64,000 nt of DNA from an uncultured Dehalococcoidia bacterium (GTDB taxonomy: Bacteria > Chloroflexota > Dehalococcoidia > Lucifugimonadales > UBA3495). The stretch spans positions 1,558,788-1,622,787 of the forward strand of contig CATOSP010000002.1 of NCBI GenBank assembly GCA_951812625.1, written 5' to 3'. The position numbers and the translations under genes were made by a program. The notes under the pieces are model-generated. The model did not search any database, had not been told where the DNA came from, and was given only the letters and a program-made list of their open reading frames with translations. Positions 47,567-57,094 of this stretch are shown one piece after another (positions within the stretch are counted from its first letter, which is position 1; the number at the start of each line of letters is the position of its first letter).

Positions 47567-48845
47567 CGTCCGCTAAACGGGCAACTCTGGCCTTAAGCTG
47601 TGGCGGCAGGAAAGAATCGGTATCGACGAAGAATTCCGGGTATACGGGCAGCCTGGGCCGCAACTCGAACCCTTCTGCCCGGGTCCTGTCCCGTAATTCG
47701 GCGATCCCAGGCCACGGAGCTTCCGGGTTCACGTAGTCAATCGTCAGCGGGGAGATGCCACCCCAATCGTTGATACCCGCATTCAGGTAAACCTGGTAGC
47801 TGTCGGCACTCAGGTTCGGGGGTACTTGGACGTTCACACTAGACCCCAGGATCAGACGCGCAGCGGCCACGGTCCACAGCAGTTCGACGGCCTCAGCGTC
47901 CGGCTCCTCTCCCATAGGCGTGTCCGGCTTGGCACGAAAGTTCTGGACGATTACTTCCTGAATGTTGCCATACTGTTCGTGGGCCTCACGTATGGCCAGC
48001 AGTGATTCGATCCGGTCCAGCCGGGCCTCCCCTATGCCAATAAGAATGCCGGTGGTGAAAGGCAGACCCAATTCTCCGGCAAGCTCCATCGTCCGCAAAC
48101 GGACCCTTGGACGCTTGCTCGGCGCGTGTTCGTGCGGTCCGCCGACGGCATACAACCTGTCGCTTGTGCTCTCCAGCATGACGCCAACTGACGGATTGAA
48201 AGGCTGGAGAGCGGCGATCTCATGCCGACTCATTGTGCCGGGGTTGGCGTGGGGAAGCAGGTTAGTTTCTTCGAGCACCAGCTTGCAAACGTCTGTCAGA
48301 TAGCCCAGTGTGGTGCGGTAACCTCGGTGTTGCAGCCACTCACGGGCCTCCGGGTATCGCTGCTCCGGGCGTTCTCCCAAAGTGAACAGGGCCTCGGTAC
48401 AACCCAAGCGTTCTCCGGCCCTCGCGACGTCAAGCACTTGCTCCGGGGTTAGATACAGGTTTCCCTCCGCCTCGACCGGACTTTGCCGGAAGGTGCAGTA
48501 ACCGCAGAAGTCGCGGCAGAGACGGGTAAGTGGGATAAACACCTTCGGCGAAAATGTGATCGTGTTGCCCTTGCCCCGGTCGCGCAACCTCGATGCTGCA
48601 TCACACATTTCCGGTATGCGGTCATTGGGAACATCGCAAAGCACCGATGCGCTGGCGCCATCACCATCCCAGATGTTTAGAAGCACATCATCCAAACTTG
48701 GGATTGGCAGCCGTTTTTGAACTGTAGTGGAAGTTGAATCTGGAGAGTTCAAAAGGTTGCGTCTCTTTCCTTGTTGGCGCCGCACAATTTCAAACGTGTG
48801 AGGATGGCGGCTCGGGGGTTGGAACACAAAGAACAGTTGCGCCAA
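47517..48845 (-). CDS. cofG: FO synthase subunit 1 (radical SAM, CofG; equals the FbiC N-terminal half)
   Basis: ITFSPKVFIPLTRLCRDFCGYCTF. The start is uncertain: the listed ORF begins with TTG and has about 50 unconserved-looking N-terminal residues. The 3-prime end overlaps cofH by 17-50 nt. Confidence 0.85.
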   Translation of the reverse strand: MAQLFFVFQPPSRHPHTFEIVRRQQGKRRNLLNSPDSTSTTVQKRLPIPSLDDVLLNIWDGDGASASVLCDVPNDRIPEMCDAASRLRDRGKGNTITFSPKVFIPLTRLCRDFCGYCTFRQSPVEAEGNLYLTPEQVLDVARAGERLGCTEALFTLGERPEQRYPEAREWLQHRGYRTTLGYLTDVCKLVLEETNLLPHANPGTMSRHEIAALQPFNPSVGVMLESTSDRLYAVGGPHEHAPSKRPRVRLRTMELAGELGLPFTTGILIGIGEARLDRIESLLAIREAHEQYGNIQEVIVQNFRAKPDTPMGEEPDAEAVELLWTVAAARLILGSSVNVQVPPNLSADSYQVYLNAGINDWGGISPLTIDYVNPEAPWPGIAELRDRTRAEGFELRPRLPVYPEFFVDTDSFLPPQLKARVARLADDEGYVRGGVQRYAGNE

Positions 48846-48904
48846 TATTGTAGACCGTTGCCATTACCCTAGCAACTTTTGGGCTCGGAGAGAGGATCCT
48901 GGAC

Positions 48905-49954
48905 TCAGAAGCCGCTCAGCCGCGCCTGGTCGAGACGCTGGTGTGGCTGTACCGGAAGCCCCAGATATTCGTAAGCGAGGCGGGTGGCGACCCTTCCCCG
49001 TGGGGTACGATCGAGGAATCCCAACTGGATCAGGTACGGCTCCCATACATCCATTACCGTGCCCGTGTCTTCGTTCATGGAGGCCGCGAGAGTTTCCAGC
49101 CCCACCGGCCCGCCGTCGAACTTGTTTATGATACTGGAAAGCAGCCGGTGGTCCGACTGGTCCAGTCCACGCTCATCAACCTGTAGCCTGTCCAGTGCGT
49201 CCCGCGCCACCGGCCCGGTCACCCTGTTGTCCGCCATCACCAGGGCATAATCGCGCGTGCGCTTCAACAGCCGGTTGGCGATGCGTGGGGTGCCCCGGGA
49301 GCGGTGCGCGATTTCATCCAGCCCCTCCTCTTCAGCTTCCATTTCCATTATCTTCGCCGACCGCTCTACTATCAGACGCATGTCCTCGGGCTGGTAATAG
49401 TCCAGCCGAAACACGGACCCGAACCTGTCCCGCAGGGGGGCGCTGAGGAGGGAAAACCTGGTGGTGGCGCCGACCAGGGTGAAGGGATTGATACGCAGGT
49501 TTACGCTCCGTGCAGCCAGCCCCTTACCCACCATCCAGGATAGGAAGAAGTCCTCCATCGCCGAGTATAGCACCTCTTCCACCATACGTGGGAGGCGATG
49601 AATTTCGTCGATAAATAGCACACTGCCCGGTTGCAGCCCGGTCAGGATAGCAGCGATGTCGCCGGCCCGCTCGATAGCCGGGCCGGAAGTGACCCGGATT
49701 TCAACTTCCATTTCCTGGGCGATTATATGGCCCAAGGTCGTCTTGCCAAGGCCGGGAGGCCCGTAGACGACCACGTGGTCCAACGGGTCCCCACGCATCC
49801 TGGCAGCCTGAATCCCGATTGACAGGTTTTCCTTGACGTGGGGCTGCCCAACGAAGTCGTCCAAGCGCCTCGGGCGCAGCGTCAGGTCCTGATCGTCGGG
49901 CTGGGCATGACCGGAAACTAATCGTTCCTCGGAGTCGTCTTCCACACTCTGCAA
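48905..49954 (-). CDS. ruvB: Holliday junction branch-migration helicase RuvB
   Basis: [21 protein letters not shown] Walker A, and FIDEIHRL. The likely start is TTG 49954 (or GTG 49945), just after the fabF stop, with GAGGAG inside the last fabF codons. The listed 423-aa ORF overlaps fabF and is over-extended. Confidence 0.9.
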   Translation of the reverse strand: MQSVEDDSEERLVSGHAQPDDQDLTLRPRRLDDFVGQPHVKENLSIGIQAARMRGDPLDHVVVYGPPGLGKTTLGHIIAQEMEVEIRVTSGPAIERAGDIAAILTGLQPGSVLFIDEIHRLPRMVEEVLYSAMEDFFLSWMVGKGLAARSVNLRINPFTLVGATTRFSLLSAPLRDRFGSVFRLDYYQPEDMRLIVERSAKIMEMEAEEEGLDEIAHRSRGTPRIANRLLKRTRDYALVMADNRVTGPVARDALDRLQVDERGLDQSDHRLLSSIINKFDGGPVGLETLAASMNEDTGTVMDVWEPYLIQLGFLDRTPRGRVATRLAYEYLGLPVQPHQRLDQARLSGF

Positions 49955-49958
49955 AAGG

Positions 49959-51209
49959 TCACTCCTCGAACTTTCGAAACACCACGCAAGCGTTCTGCCC
50001 TCCGAAGCCAAAGGCGTTGGACAGGGCCGTCCGCACGTCGACCTGCCTGGCAATGTTCGGAACGTAATCGAGATCGCAGTCCGGGTCCGGAGTCTCGTAG
50101 TTGATGGTCGGGTGGAGCATACCGGAAGTGATGGATTTGACACAGGCCGCAGCCTCCAGAGCGCCCGACGCACCAAGGGAGTGTCCGATCATCGACTTCG
50201 TGGAACTGATTGGAATGCGGTAGGCAACAGCCCCGAACAACCTCTTGATAGCGACAGTCTCCAGGGCGTCGTTCAGCGGGGTTGACGTACCGTGGGCGTT
50301 AATGTAGTCAACCTGGTCCAACTCGACCCTCGCATCCTCCAAAGCTAATCGCATCGCTTCCGCAGCGCATGTCCCTGACTCCTCCGGCTGCACTGGGTGG
50401 CCTGCGTCTGACGTGGAGCCGAATCCCGACACCTCGGCCAGTATAGTCGCGTTTCGGTCAATTGCGTGCTGCAGCTCTTCCATCACCAGCACAACTGCGC
50501 CCTCTGCTGGCACGAAACCGTCGCGCTCTGCGTCGAACGGGCGGCTGGCCCGTTCCGGGTCATCGTTACGGGTGCTCAACGCCCGCATCACGGCGAAACC
50601 GGCCAAGCCTAGCTGACTAATCCCTGCCTCCGCGCCACCGGCCAGAATCACGTCGGCGGCACCGCGCCGAATCGCTGCCAAGGCGTCGCCTATCGCCTGG
50701 TTGGAGGCAGCGCAGGCCGTGGTAGCCGTGGAGTTGAACCCCTTTGCCCCGGCAACACGGCTCACGTTGGCCGCGGCCATGTTCGGGAGAATCATTGGGA
50801 AGAAGAACGGCGACATCCTCATGCCACCCCGGCTGGCCAGCACGCGGCAATTCTCCTCCAAGGTTGGGAAACCGCCGTTGCCGTTTCCCAACACCACGCC
50901 AACACGGAATGGGTCTTCGGCCGACATGTTCAGCGCGGATTCCTCAACGGCCCTCATCGCAGCGGCCACCGCCAACTGGGAGAACCGGGCCATGCGCCGC
51001 GCCTCCCGGCTGGGCAGGTACTGGGTTGGGTCAAAGTCCCTCACCTCCCCGGAGATGCGGCAGGGGTAGTTGGTCGGGTCACACTGGGTCATCGGGCCAA
51101 TCCCGGGCTTCCCGGCAACTAGATTCTCCCAGAATGTGTCGACACCCTGGCCCAAAGGGGTTATGGCCCCGATACCGGTTACCACGACCCTAGGACGTCC
51201 CTGCGTCAC
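49959..51209 (-). CDS. fabF: Beta-ketoacyl-ACP synthase II
   Basis: [13 protein letters not shown], active-site [13 protein letters not shown] and GHSLGASG. Confidence 0.9.
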   Translation of the reverse strand: MTQGRPRVVVTGIGAITPLGQGVDTFWENLVAGKPGIGPMTQCDPTNYPCRISGEVRDFDPTQYLPSREARRMARFSQLAVAAAMRAVEESALNMSAEDPFRVGVVLGNGNGGFPTLEENCRVLASRGGMRMSPFFFPMILPNMAAANVSRVAGAKGFNSTATTACAASNQAIGDALAAIRRGAADVILAGGAEAGISQLGLAGFAVMRALSTRNDDPERASRPFDAERDGFVPAEGAVVLVMEELQHAIDRNATILAEVSGFGSTSDAGHPVQPEESGTCAAEAMRLALEDARVELDQVDYINAHGTSTPLNDALETVAIKRLFGAVAYRIPISSTKSMIGHSLGASGALEAAACVKSITSGMLHPTINYETPDPDCDLDYVPNIARQVDVRTALSNAFGFGGQNACVVFRKFEE

Positions 51210-51246
51210 TCCTCCAACTCCTCCCTGCTGTAGCTCATTCGGTCCT

Positions 51247-52683
51247 TCAACTAACTCCCGTGTTACGCAAGTCAGGAGGCAGCAGGTCCGGATACAACTC
51301 CGGCTCGATCCCTAGAACAGCTTCCCGAATCTCGGCGACTAGGAAGAGCGATCCCGCGGCCAAGACCAAGTCTCCCGGACCCGCCAGGTCTTTTGCCGCG
51401 TCCAATGCCGACGCTGTGTCCCCGAGTGCCAAAGTCTCAACGCCTAGGTCTCGGAATAGTGATGCGATGTCGTTGGGCGGGACTGACCGCGGGTGGCGGG
51501 ACCGGGATGCGAACACCAAGTCTGTTTTCTCGGCTAGCTTGTCAACCATTTCCTCCACGTTCTTGTCTCTGGAGAAACCGGTCACTAGCAAGAGTCGATC
51601 GTAATCGAAATACTCCGGGATAGTGTCCAGGAGCACCTCCACCGAGTAGGGGTTATGCGCCCCATCCACGACTATCAATGGCTCACGAGACAAGACTTCC
51701 AGCCTTCCAGGCCACTGAACGCTGTTGAAACCCTCACTCAGGGCATAATCTGAAATGTCATGGTCTCGTTGCCTCAGTGCCTCGATAACTGCCAGCGCGG
51801 TGGCCGCGTTCTCCAATTGGTGCCGGCCCAACAAAGGGATTGTGAGTCGGTGCTCCACTGCTCCGTGCCTGACGCAAATCTGTTGACTGTCCATCGACGC
51901 CGATTCCAGACTCCAGGTGAAGTCCCGGTCTACCTGTACCGGGGCGATCCCCAACCTATCACAAGTGGCGAGAATCGGGGTCAATGCCTCCCGCGGTTGC
52001 GGAGCAATGACCACTGTCGCACCGGGCTTAATAATGCCCGCCTTGTCGGTCGCGATCGCATGGAGCGTGTCCCCAAGTATAGCCGTGTGATCCAGGCTGA
52101 TGGAGGTGATAACGCATACCTCCGGCTTCACCACGTTGGTCGCATCGAGTCGCCCACCGAGCCCGACCTCGATGGTCTGGAACTCGGCGTACTCCTGCGA
52201 ATAGCACTGGAATGCCATACCTGTCATGTACTCGAACAAGGTGACTGGACCCACGTCAGGTTTGTGGGTCATATGTTCCTGATGGGGCTGTAGCTGTTCC
52301 ACCAAGCCGGCAAATTCAACGGGGTTGACGGGTTCTCGCGCAAGTCTTATACGCTCGGTAAAGCTGTGTAGGTGGGGCGAAGAATATAGGCCTGTCCTGT
52401 AGCCTGCTGCGTGCAACACCGAGTCGCACATCGCGGCCGTACTTCCCTTCCCCTTGGTGCCCGTGATATGGATGGTGGGAACATTGTGGTGGGGGTTGCC
52501 AAGGTCATCGAGGAACGCTTCCATCCGAGACAGATCCTCGATCGCCTTCTGGCGGGGCCCTCTTCCGCTGGGCCTCTCATGGTCCACCAGCGAGAGGAGG
52601 TAGTCTACCGCGTCCTTGTATTCCAATTCCCACGTCCCCGTGCCCAACTGACTGGCACTGATGGCATAGCGCAGCCCAGGCAA
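51247..52683 (-). CDS. folC: Bifunctional folylpolyglutamate synthase / dihydrofolate synthase
   Basis: [12 protein letters not shown]-loop and the Mur-ligase-type central and C-terminal domains (VVDGAHNP). Confidence 0.85.
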   Translation of the reverse strand: MPGLRYAISASQLGTGTWELEYKDAVDYLLSLVDHERPSGRGPRQKAIEDLSRMEAFLDDLGNPHHNVPTIHITGTKGKGSTAAMCDSVLHAAGYRTGLYSSPHLHSFTERIRLAREPVNPVEFAGLVEQLQPHQEHMTHKPDVGPVTLFEYMTGMAFQCYSQEYAEFQTIEVGLGGRLDATNVVKPEVCVITSISLDHTAILGDTLHAIATDKAGIIKPGATVVIAPQPREALTPILATCDRLGIAPVQVDRDFTWSLESASMDSQQICVRHGAVEHRLTIPLLGRHQLENAATALAVIEALRQRDHDISDYALSEGFNSVQWPGRLEVLSREPLIVVDGAHNPYSVEVLLDTIPEYFDYDRLLLVTGFSRDKNVEEMVDKLAEKTDLVFASRSRHPRSVPPNDIASLFRDLGVETLALGDTASALDAAKDLAGPGDLVLAAGSLFLVAEIREAVLGIEPELYPDLLPPDLRNTGVS

Positions 52684-52692
52684 GCAGCCTTG

Positions 52693-53652
52693 CTAATGGT
52701 CCCGGATAGACTTCGGCATCGACCCCATGGTGATCCCTAGCGCGCTCCAGAAATCGGCTAGCTTGATATAATCTATGTTACCTTCCAGCTTGCGCGGGGT
52801 AAAGCCAAATTCCTGCTGCACAACACCCGGTTCTGCAACGTTTCGGATGGACATCATCCGTAACTGGTCGGTGGTGACGGGGGGGCGCGGCTGCATAGCC
52901 TGGACCAGCTTCACCACTGGGTACGCTGTCCAAACTGGGATGTGAAAACGGAGTCTCCGCTTCTTCAATGCCTGGGCGACTATTGTTACCAGATCGTTAT
53001 ATGTGAGATGATCGGGCCCACCAATCTCGACAGTACGGTCTCTCAGGCTGGCCCTTTCGAGGGATAGGGCCACGCAACGGGCAACGTCCTCAACTGCGAT
53101 GGGTTGGAACCGGTTTCTACCCAATCCGATGACCGGCACGACAGGGAATACCCGCACCAGTGCTGCCAGGACGTTAAGAAATTCGTCACCATCGCCAAAC
53201 ATGATGGAGGAGCGCAAGATAGTGTATGTGAGGCCACTCTTAGCTACTTCCTGCTCGCCCTGCCATTTGCTCAACAGATACGGGTAGGACTGGTCGGGCC
53301 CGGCGCCAATGGCACTCACCTGGACAAAGTGCCGTACTTCTGCCGCCTTCGCAGCAGCGACCACGGAAGCGGTCCCTCGCCGGTTCACGAGGTCAAAGGG
53401 ACGTCCGGGCCTCCGGCGGATGGCTCCCACTAGATGCACCACCGCATCTACATCAAGAAACGCCTCAGTCAGCGCGTGACGGTCAGAGATGCTGCCATAG
53501 CAAACCTCGACTGAGCGGTCTGGGAAGATTCGCTCCCTCCCAACCGTATGCACGAGGACACGCACCTGGTGGCGTGGTTGCAGCTCGTCCACGACCCTGC
53601 GCCCTACAAACCCAGTGGCCCCAGTCACGAGTACCCTCACAACGGCCTCCAT
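52693..53652 (-). CDS. NAD(P)H-binding atypical SDR (NmrA / complex I NDUFA9-like)
   Basis: VLVTGATGFVGRRVVDEL after Met 53652. The listed 25 upstream codons are probably not translated. Confidence 0.75.
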   Translation of the reverse strand: MEAVVRVLVTGATGFVGRRVVDELQPRHQVRVLVHTVGRERIFPDRSVEVCYGSISDRHALTEAFLDVDAVVHLVGAIRRRPGRPFDLVNRRGTASVVAAAKAAEVRHFVQVSAIGAGPDQSYPYLLSKWQGEQEVAKSGLTYTILRSSIMFGDGDEFLNVLAALVRVFPVVPVIGLGRNRFQPIAVEDVARCVALSLERASLRDRTVEIGGPDHLTYNDLVTIVAQALKKRRLRFHIPVWTAYPVVKLVQAMQPRPPVTTDQLRMMSIRNVAEPGVVQQEFGFTPRKLEGNIDYIKLADFWSALGITMGSMPKSIRDH

Positions 53653-53833
53653 GTTCCGACTCCACAGATAGCAAACACCCCCAAGCAGTGTCAAGAGCCA
53701 ACGGTCAAACCTGACCAGTAACCCCATTGGCGAGGAGGAAAGCAGGCTGGATCGGCTTGTCAGATTTGGTTAGACTATCATGGGTTGCAACTGGGATAGC
53801 CACCGAGGAAATCCAGGCACAGGAACGGGATTT

Positions 53834-54775
53834 ATGGACGGATCGGACCTTAGATTCGGCATAGGCCTTACTGGAGGAGCCGCTGAAACTGCCCAACAGG
53901 CCAGGTGGCTAGAGGAGTTGGGATATGACTACCTGTCCTCCGGCGAACACTACATGAGAGGCAACCCGCCTGGTCCCACGCATACAGCTCTACCCCTGCT
54001 TGCGGTTGCTGCAGGAGCCACACAACGAATCCGTATCGCGTCAACAATCGTACTCGCGCCCTTCTACCATCCAACCATCCTTGCGAAGCTGGCCACCACC
54101 CTCGACATCGCTTCCGGGGGTAGGTTGACCCTCGGTATAGGGGTTGGCGGAGAGTACCCCGTCGAGTTCAAGGCCGCCGGCCTCAACGTGCGACAACGCG
54201 GGCGGCGCACTAACGAGTGCCTGGAGGCACTGCGGCTGCTGTGGACCGAGGATCACGTCTCATATCAGGGACGCCATTTCAAATTGGATGACGTGACCCT
54301 TTTGCCCAGGCCGACCCAACAACCCCATCCACCTGTTTGGGTGTCAGGTCGGCGTGACGCCGCCATGTCCCGGGCCGCCCGATACGGCGATGGATGGATG
54401 CCCTATTTCTACGACCCTCCCAGGTACAGGGACAGCGTGGAGAAGATTGAGGGATTTGCCTCCGATGCCGGACGGAGCCTCGACGACTTTCATTGGGCCT
54501 ACTTCCCCTACATTTCTATCCATGATTCGGTTGAGCAAGCCGCAGATGTAGCCACCAGAGCCTTGGGAGGCCGTTATCTCCGCAGTGGTGGCTTCGCGGA
54601 CATCGTGCATCGCTACTGCATTCTAGGCCCGGTTGAGATGTGCGTGGCCCGGCTCCAAGAATATATTGACGCCGGAGCCCGTCACATAATTTTCAGCGTC
54701 GCCTGCGACCGCGAAGACCGTGAGAGGCACGTCGAAACCATCGCGAAGGAGATCATCCCCCAGCTCAAAGGATAG
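53834..54775 (+). CDS. LLM-class F420-dependent oxidoreductase
   Basis: MDGSDLRFGIGL..., LEELGYDYLSSGEH and GIGVGGEYPVEF. Met 53834 is the likely start. Confidence 0.8.
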   Translation: MDGSDLRFGIGLTGGAAETAQQARWLEELGYDYLSSGEHYMRGNPPGPTHTALPLLAVAAGATQRIRIASTIVLAPFYHPTILAKLATTLDIASGGRLTLGIGVGGEYPVEFKAAGLNVRQRGRRTNECLEALRLLWTEDHVSYQGRHFKLDDVTLLPRPTQQPHPPVWVSGRRDAAMSRAARYGDGWMPYFYDPPRYRDSVEKIEGFASDAGRSLDDFHWAYFPYISIHDSVEQAADVATRALGGRYLRSGGFADIVHRYCILGPVEMCVARLQEYIDAGARHIIFSVACDREDRERHVETIAKEIIPQLKG

Positions 54776-54960
54776 CGGCGTACAGGCAATCGGACACCAA
54801 CCGGGTCCCCGGGAGGAGAGCGGCCGACCTCCATCCATGACAATCCCCACCGGAATCAACGACCAGGTATGGTTGGGGTCGCATATCGTAACTTGCACTG
54901 TTGCGTTATAATGTTACTCAGTTTGTGATAGAACTGACGGAGAATCTCCACCGCCGTCCT

Positions 54961-55001
54961 TAACCTAACACATCCACACGTTAACCTACACATCCACACG
55001 T
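54961..55001 (+). repeat. Tandem direct repeat, 21 + 20 nt (TAACCTAACACATCCACACGT / TAACCTACACATCCACACGT)
   Basis: Read directly from the sequence. The units are identical except for one extra A. The repeat ends 23 nt before the rSAM ATG and lies downstream of a perfect TATAAT at 54907..54912. Confidence 0.85.
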
Positions 55002-55024
55002 TCCGGCAGGAACAGGGAGCCACC

Positions 55025-56815
55025 ATGTCGAGAATCAAGCGGGTTATGTTAGTGCAGCCGGCTTCCGCCGGTGGGAACTTTGAATATATAGCCATACCGC
55101 GTCAGGGGATGCTGTTCTTATCCGGAGCGTTGGCTCAATGGGAAGGAACCTACCTGTACGACCGTGAGATATGGTTCGAGGACCGCTCAGGGGTCATCGA
55201 CCCTGACAGGGACCTTGACGGAGTCGACATCCTGATGGTTACGGCGCTGATCAATGAAGCCCCCCGGGGATATCAGATAGCCCGGCTGGCCAAACAGCAC
55301 CATCCCGACTTGATCACCATCGGCGGCGGGCCCCAGATGAGCCCGCTGTCGGAAGAGGCATTCGAGTATGGCCACTTCGACGTCATCGTGCAACGTGAGG
55401 GCGAGGATATCATAGGCCAGCTATGCGACGTCCTCCTCACATACCAAGGCGAAGAGCGGAACGGCTACCTGGACAAGGTCCCAGGCATCTCCTATCGGAA
55501 GGACGGCCATGTCGTCCAGACTGCCCGGCGGGGACTGGTGTCGCCCGATTTCGTGGAACTACCTGACTTTCGTTCCATCCGTGACCTGACCCCGGCCAAC
55601 CCGATGGCTGGAGGCGTGATCGAGACCGTCCGGGGGTGCACCGAGAGCTGCACTTATTGCCAAGTGATCCAGCAATTTCTGGGGTACCGCCTGGTGAGCC
55701 GTGAGACGGAGCACAAGCGGCTTGCCCATTTAAGGGAACTGGCGGACGATGGGCTGATACATTCATCCCGCAATGGCACTTTCCAAATATTCATCTCCGA
55801 CGACCTGCATCCGCCTCCGCTCAGGGCCACCAAGTTCCGCAACGAACGGCTGGAGCGGCTCAAGTCTTGGAAGGACCATACTGACGGCATGTACCTCATC
55901 TGCCAGGCTCGTGCCGAGGTCGGACAGGACCCAGAGCTGTCGGAGGCGATGTTGGACGCCAACATCAAGATGGTCTATGTCGGCGTCGAGTCGGACAACG
56001 CAGAGAACCTCCAGCTTGTCCGGAAGCGGCAAGAGCCGGGCCAAGTCCACACCGACCTGACCAGTATGAACCGCTCGGGGTTCTCGGTCGTGGCCATGAC
56101 CATAATCGGCCTGCCCTATGACACCGAGCAGAGTATCATGGAACTGGCAGACTGGGTTACGGAAATCAGTAACTACCAGACGGTCAACCTGCTGACCCCG
56201 CTGCCCGCTACCTCCAACTGGGACTCCCTTGCGCCTCTGAATGCCGACGGCGAGATTCTCCAGGAAGGGGAGATGCGTCCTTACCACCTCTATACGGGCC
56301 GCCAGTTTGTCCACTACGACGAGCGCTGGACGATGGAAGCGAGCAGGGAGCTGTTCGACAGGTATTCGGCTCGCCTCACACCGATTGATGATCTCTACCA
56401 GCGCATTTTCCGCATCCTGCGGACCTACCGGCTCAGACTGGCCGCCACGAGCAGGGACCTGGGTGACTCCATCAGCTCCCGGATCACGGAGGCGATTGAA
56501 AGCCTCCGTGGCTGGTCCGACCCGGTTTCACTCCCGGGGTCCGAGTTTTCCGACAACATCGCTGTCCGCGTCGGAGAGTTGGCTGACAGGCTACGGTCGG
56601 TCTCCCAGCCTCTTGCCAATGCTCGACGGGAAGTCGTGGACAACATTGGCCAGAGCGTCGCAGAGCTTACGGAGTCATTGAACAAGCTGTCTGGCCCGAT
56701 CGACGATGGCAAACGAGAACTGGCGGCGAACATATCGAACCGAATCACCGAAATCACCGAGTCATTGAATCGTGCAGTCACAGAAACCCGAGGAGGAAGA
56801 GTCGCCAGGGACTGA
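55025..56815 (+). CDS. B12-binding-domain (class B) radical SAM protein with C-terminal 4 x 29-aa repeat region
   Basis: N-terminal cobalamin-binding-like domain (RVMLVQP...LITIGGGPQMS). CTESCTYC (Cx3Cx2C) at aa 205-212. Repeats begin at aa 481, 510, 539 and 568. RBS GGGAG upstream. Confidence 0.85.
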   Translation: MSRIKRVMLVQPASAGGNFEYIAIPRQGMLFLSGALAQWEGTYLYDREIWFEDRSGVIDPDRDLDGVDILMVTALINEAPRGYQIARLAKQHHPDLITIGGGPQMSPLSEEAFEYGHFDVIVQREGEDIIGQLCDVLLTYQGEERNGYLDKVPGISYRKDGHVVQTARRGLVSPDFVELPDFRSIRDLTPANPMAGGVIETVRGCTESCTYCQVIQQFLGYRLVSRETEHKRLAHLRELADDGLIHSSRNGTFQIFISDDLHPPPLRATKFRNERLERLKSWKDHTDGMYLICQARAEVGQDPELSEAMLDANIKMVYVGVESDNAENLQLVRKRQEPGQVHTDLTSMNRSGFSVVAMTIIGLPYDTEQSIMELADWVTEISNYQTVNLLTPLPATSNWDSLAPLNADGEILQEGEMRPYHLYTGRQFVHYDERWTMEASRELFDRYSARLTPIDDLYQRIFRILRTYRLRLAATSRDLGDSISSRITEAIESLRGWSDPVSLPGSEFSDNIAVRVGELADRLRSVSQPLANARREVVDNIGQSVAELTESLNKLSGPIDDGKRELAANISNRITEITESLNRAVTETRGGRVARD

Positions 56816-56909
56816 ACCCAAGAGTCCAACCAGTTGACGGGCAGGTTACAGAATCGGACATTCAAGCTGGGGTGTGGGGAGGCAGAGTTTCGCCACGTGA
56901 TAAGCATCA

Positions 56910-56942
56910 GAACGGACGGTGGGCAATTCCCTTCGTCCGTTC
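56910..56942 (+). terminator. Stem-loop between rSAM gene and second fabF (possible terminator or attenuator)
   Basis: GAACGGACG / CGTCCGTTC: a perfect 9-bp stem with a 15-nt loop. No clear U-tract. Confidence 0.3.
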
Positions 56943-57094
56943 CGTATTACTGTGGCCGTCCACGATTCCCAGGGTTCGGGCAATTACTGCGGCAATGGCG
57001 ACCTGAAAATCGTGCCGGAGTGGAAAGCAGGGGCCACTACTTGGCATATGCGTGAGATGTTTGGAGGAACCCCTTAACTGAAACCGGGAATAGT

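Noticed and set aside
49955-50176. N-terminal 74 codons of the listed 423-aa RuvB ORF
   Set aside because: This segment overlaps fabF out of frame, contains no Met and has unconserved-looking sequence. A TTG start with GAGGAG immediately after the fabF stop gives a normal ~350-aa RuvB.
54907-54912. Perfect TATAAT upstream of the radical SAM gene, considered as a stand-alone promoter feature
   Set aside because: There is no acceptable -35 at 16-18 nt and no TGn extended -10. It is mentioned only as context for the tandem-repeat finding.
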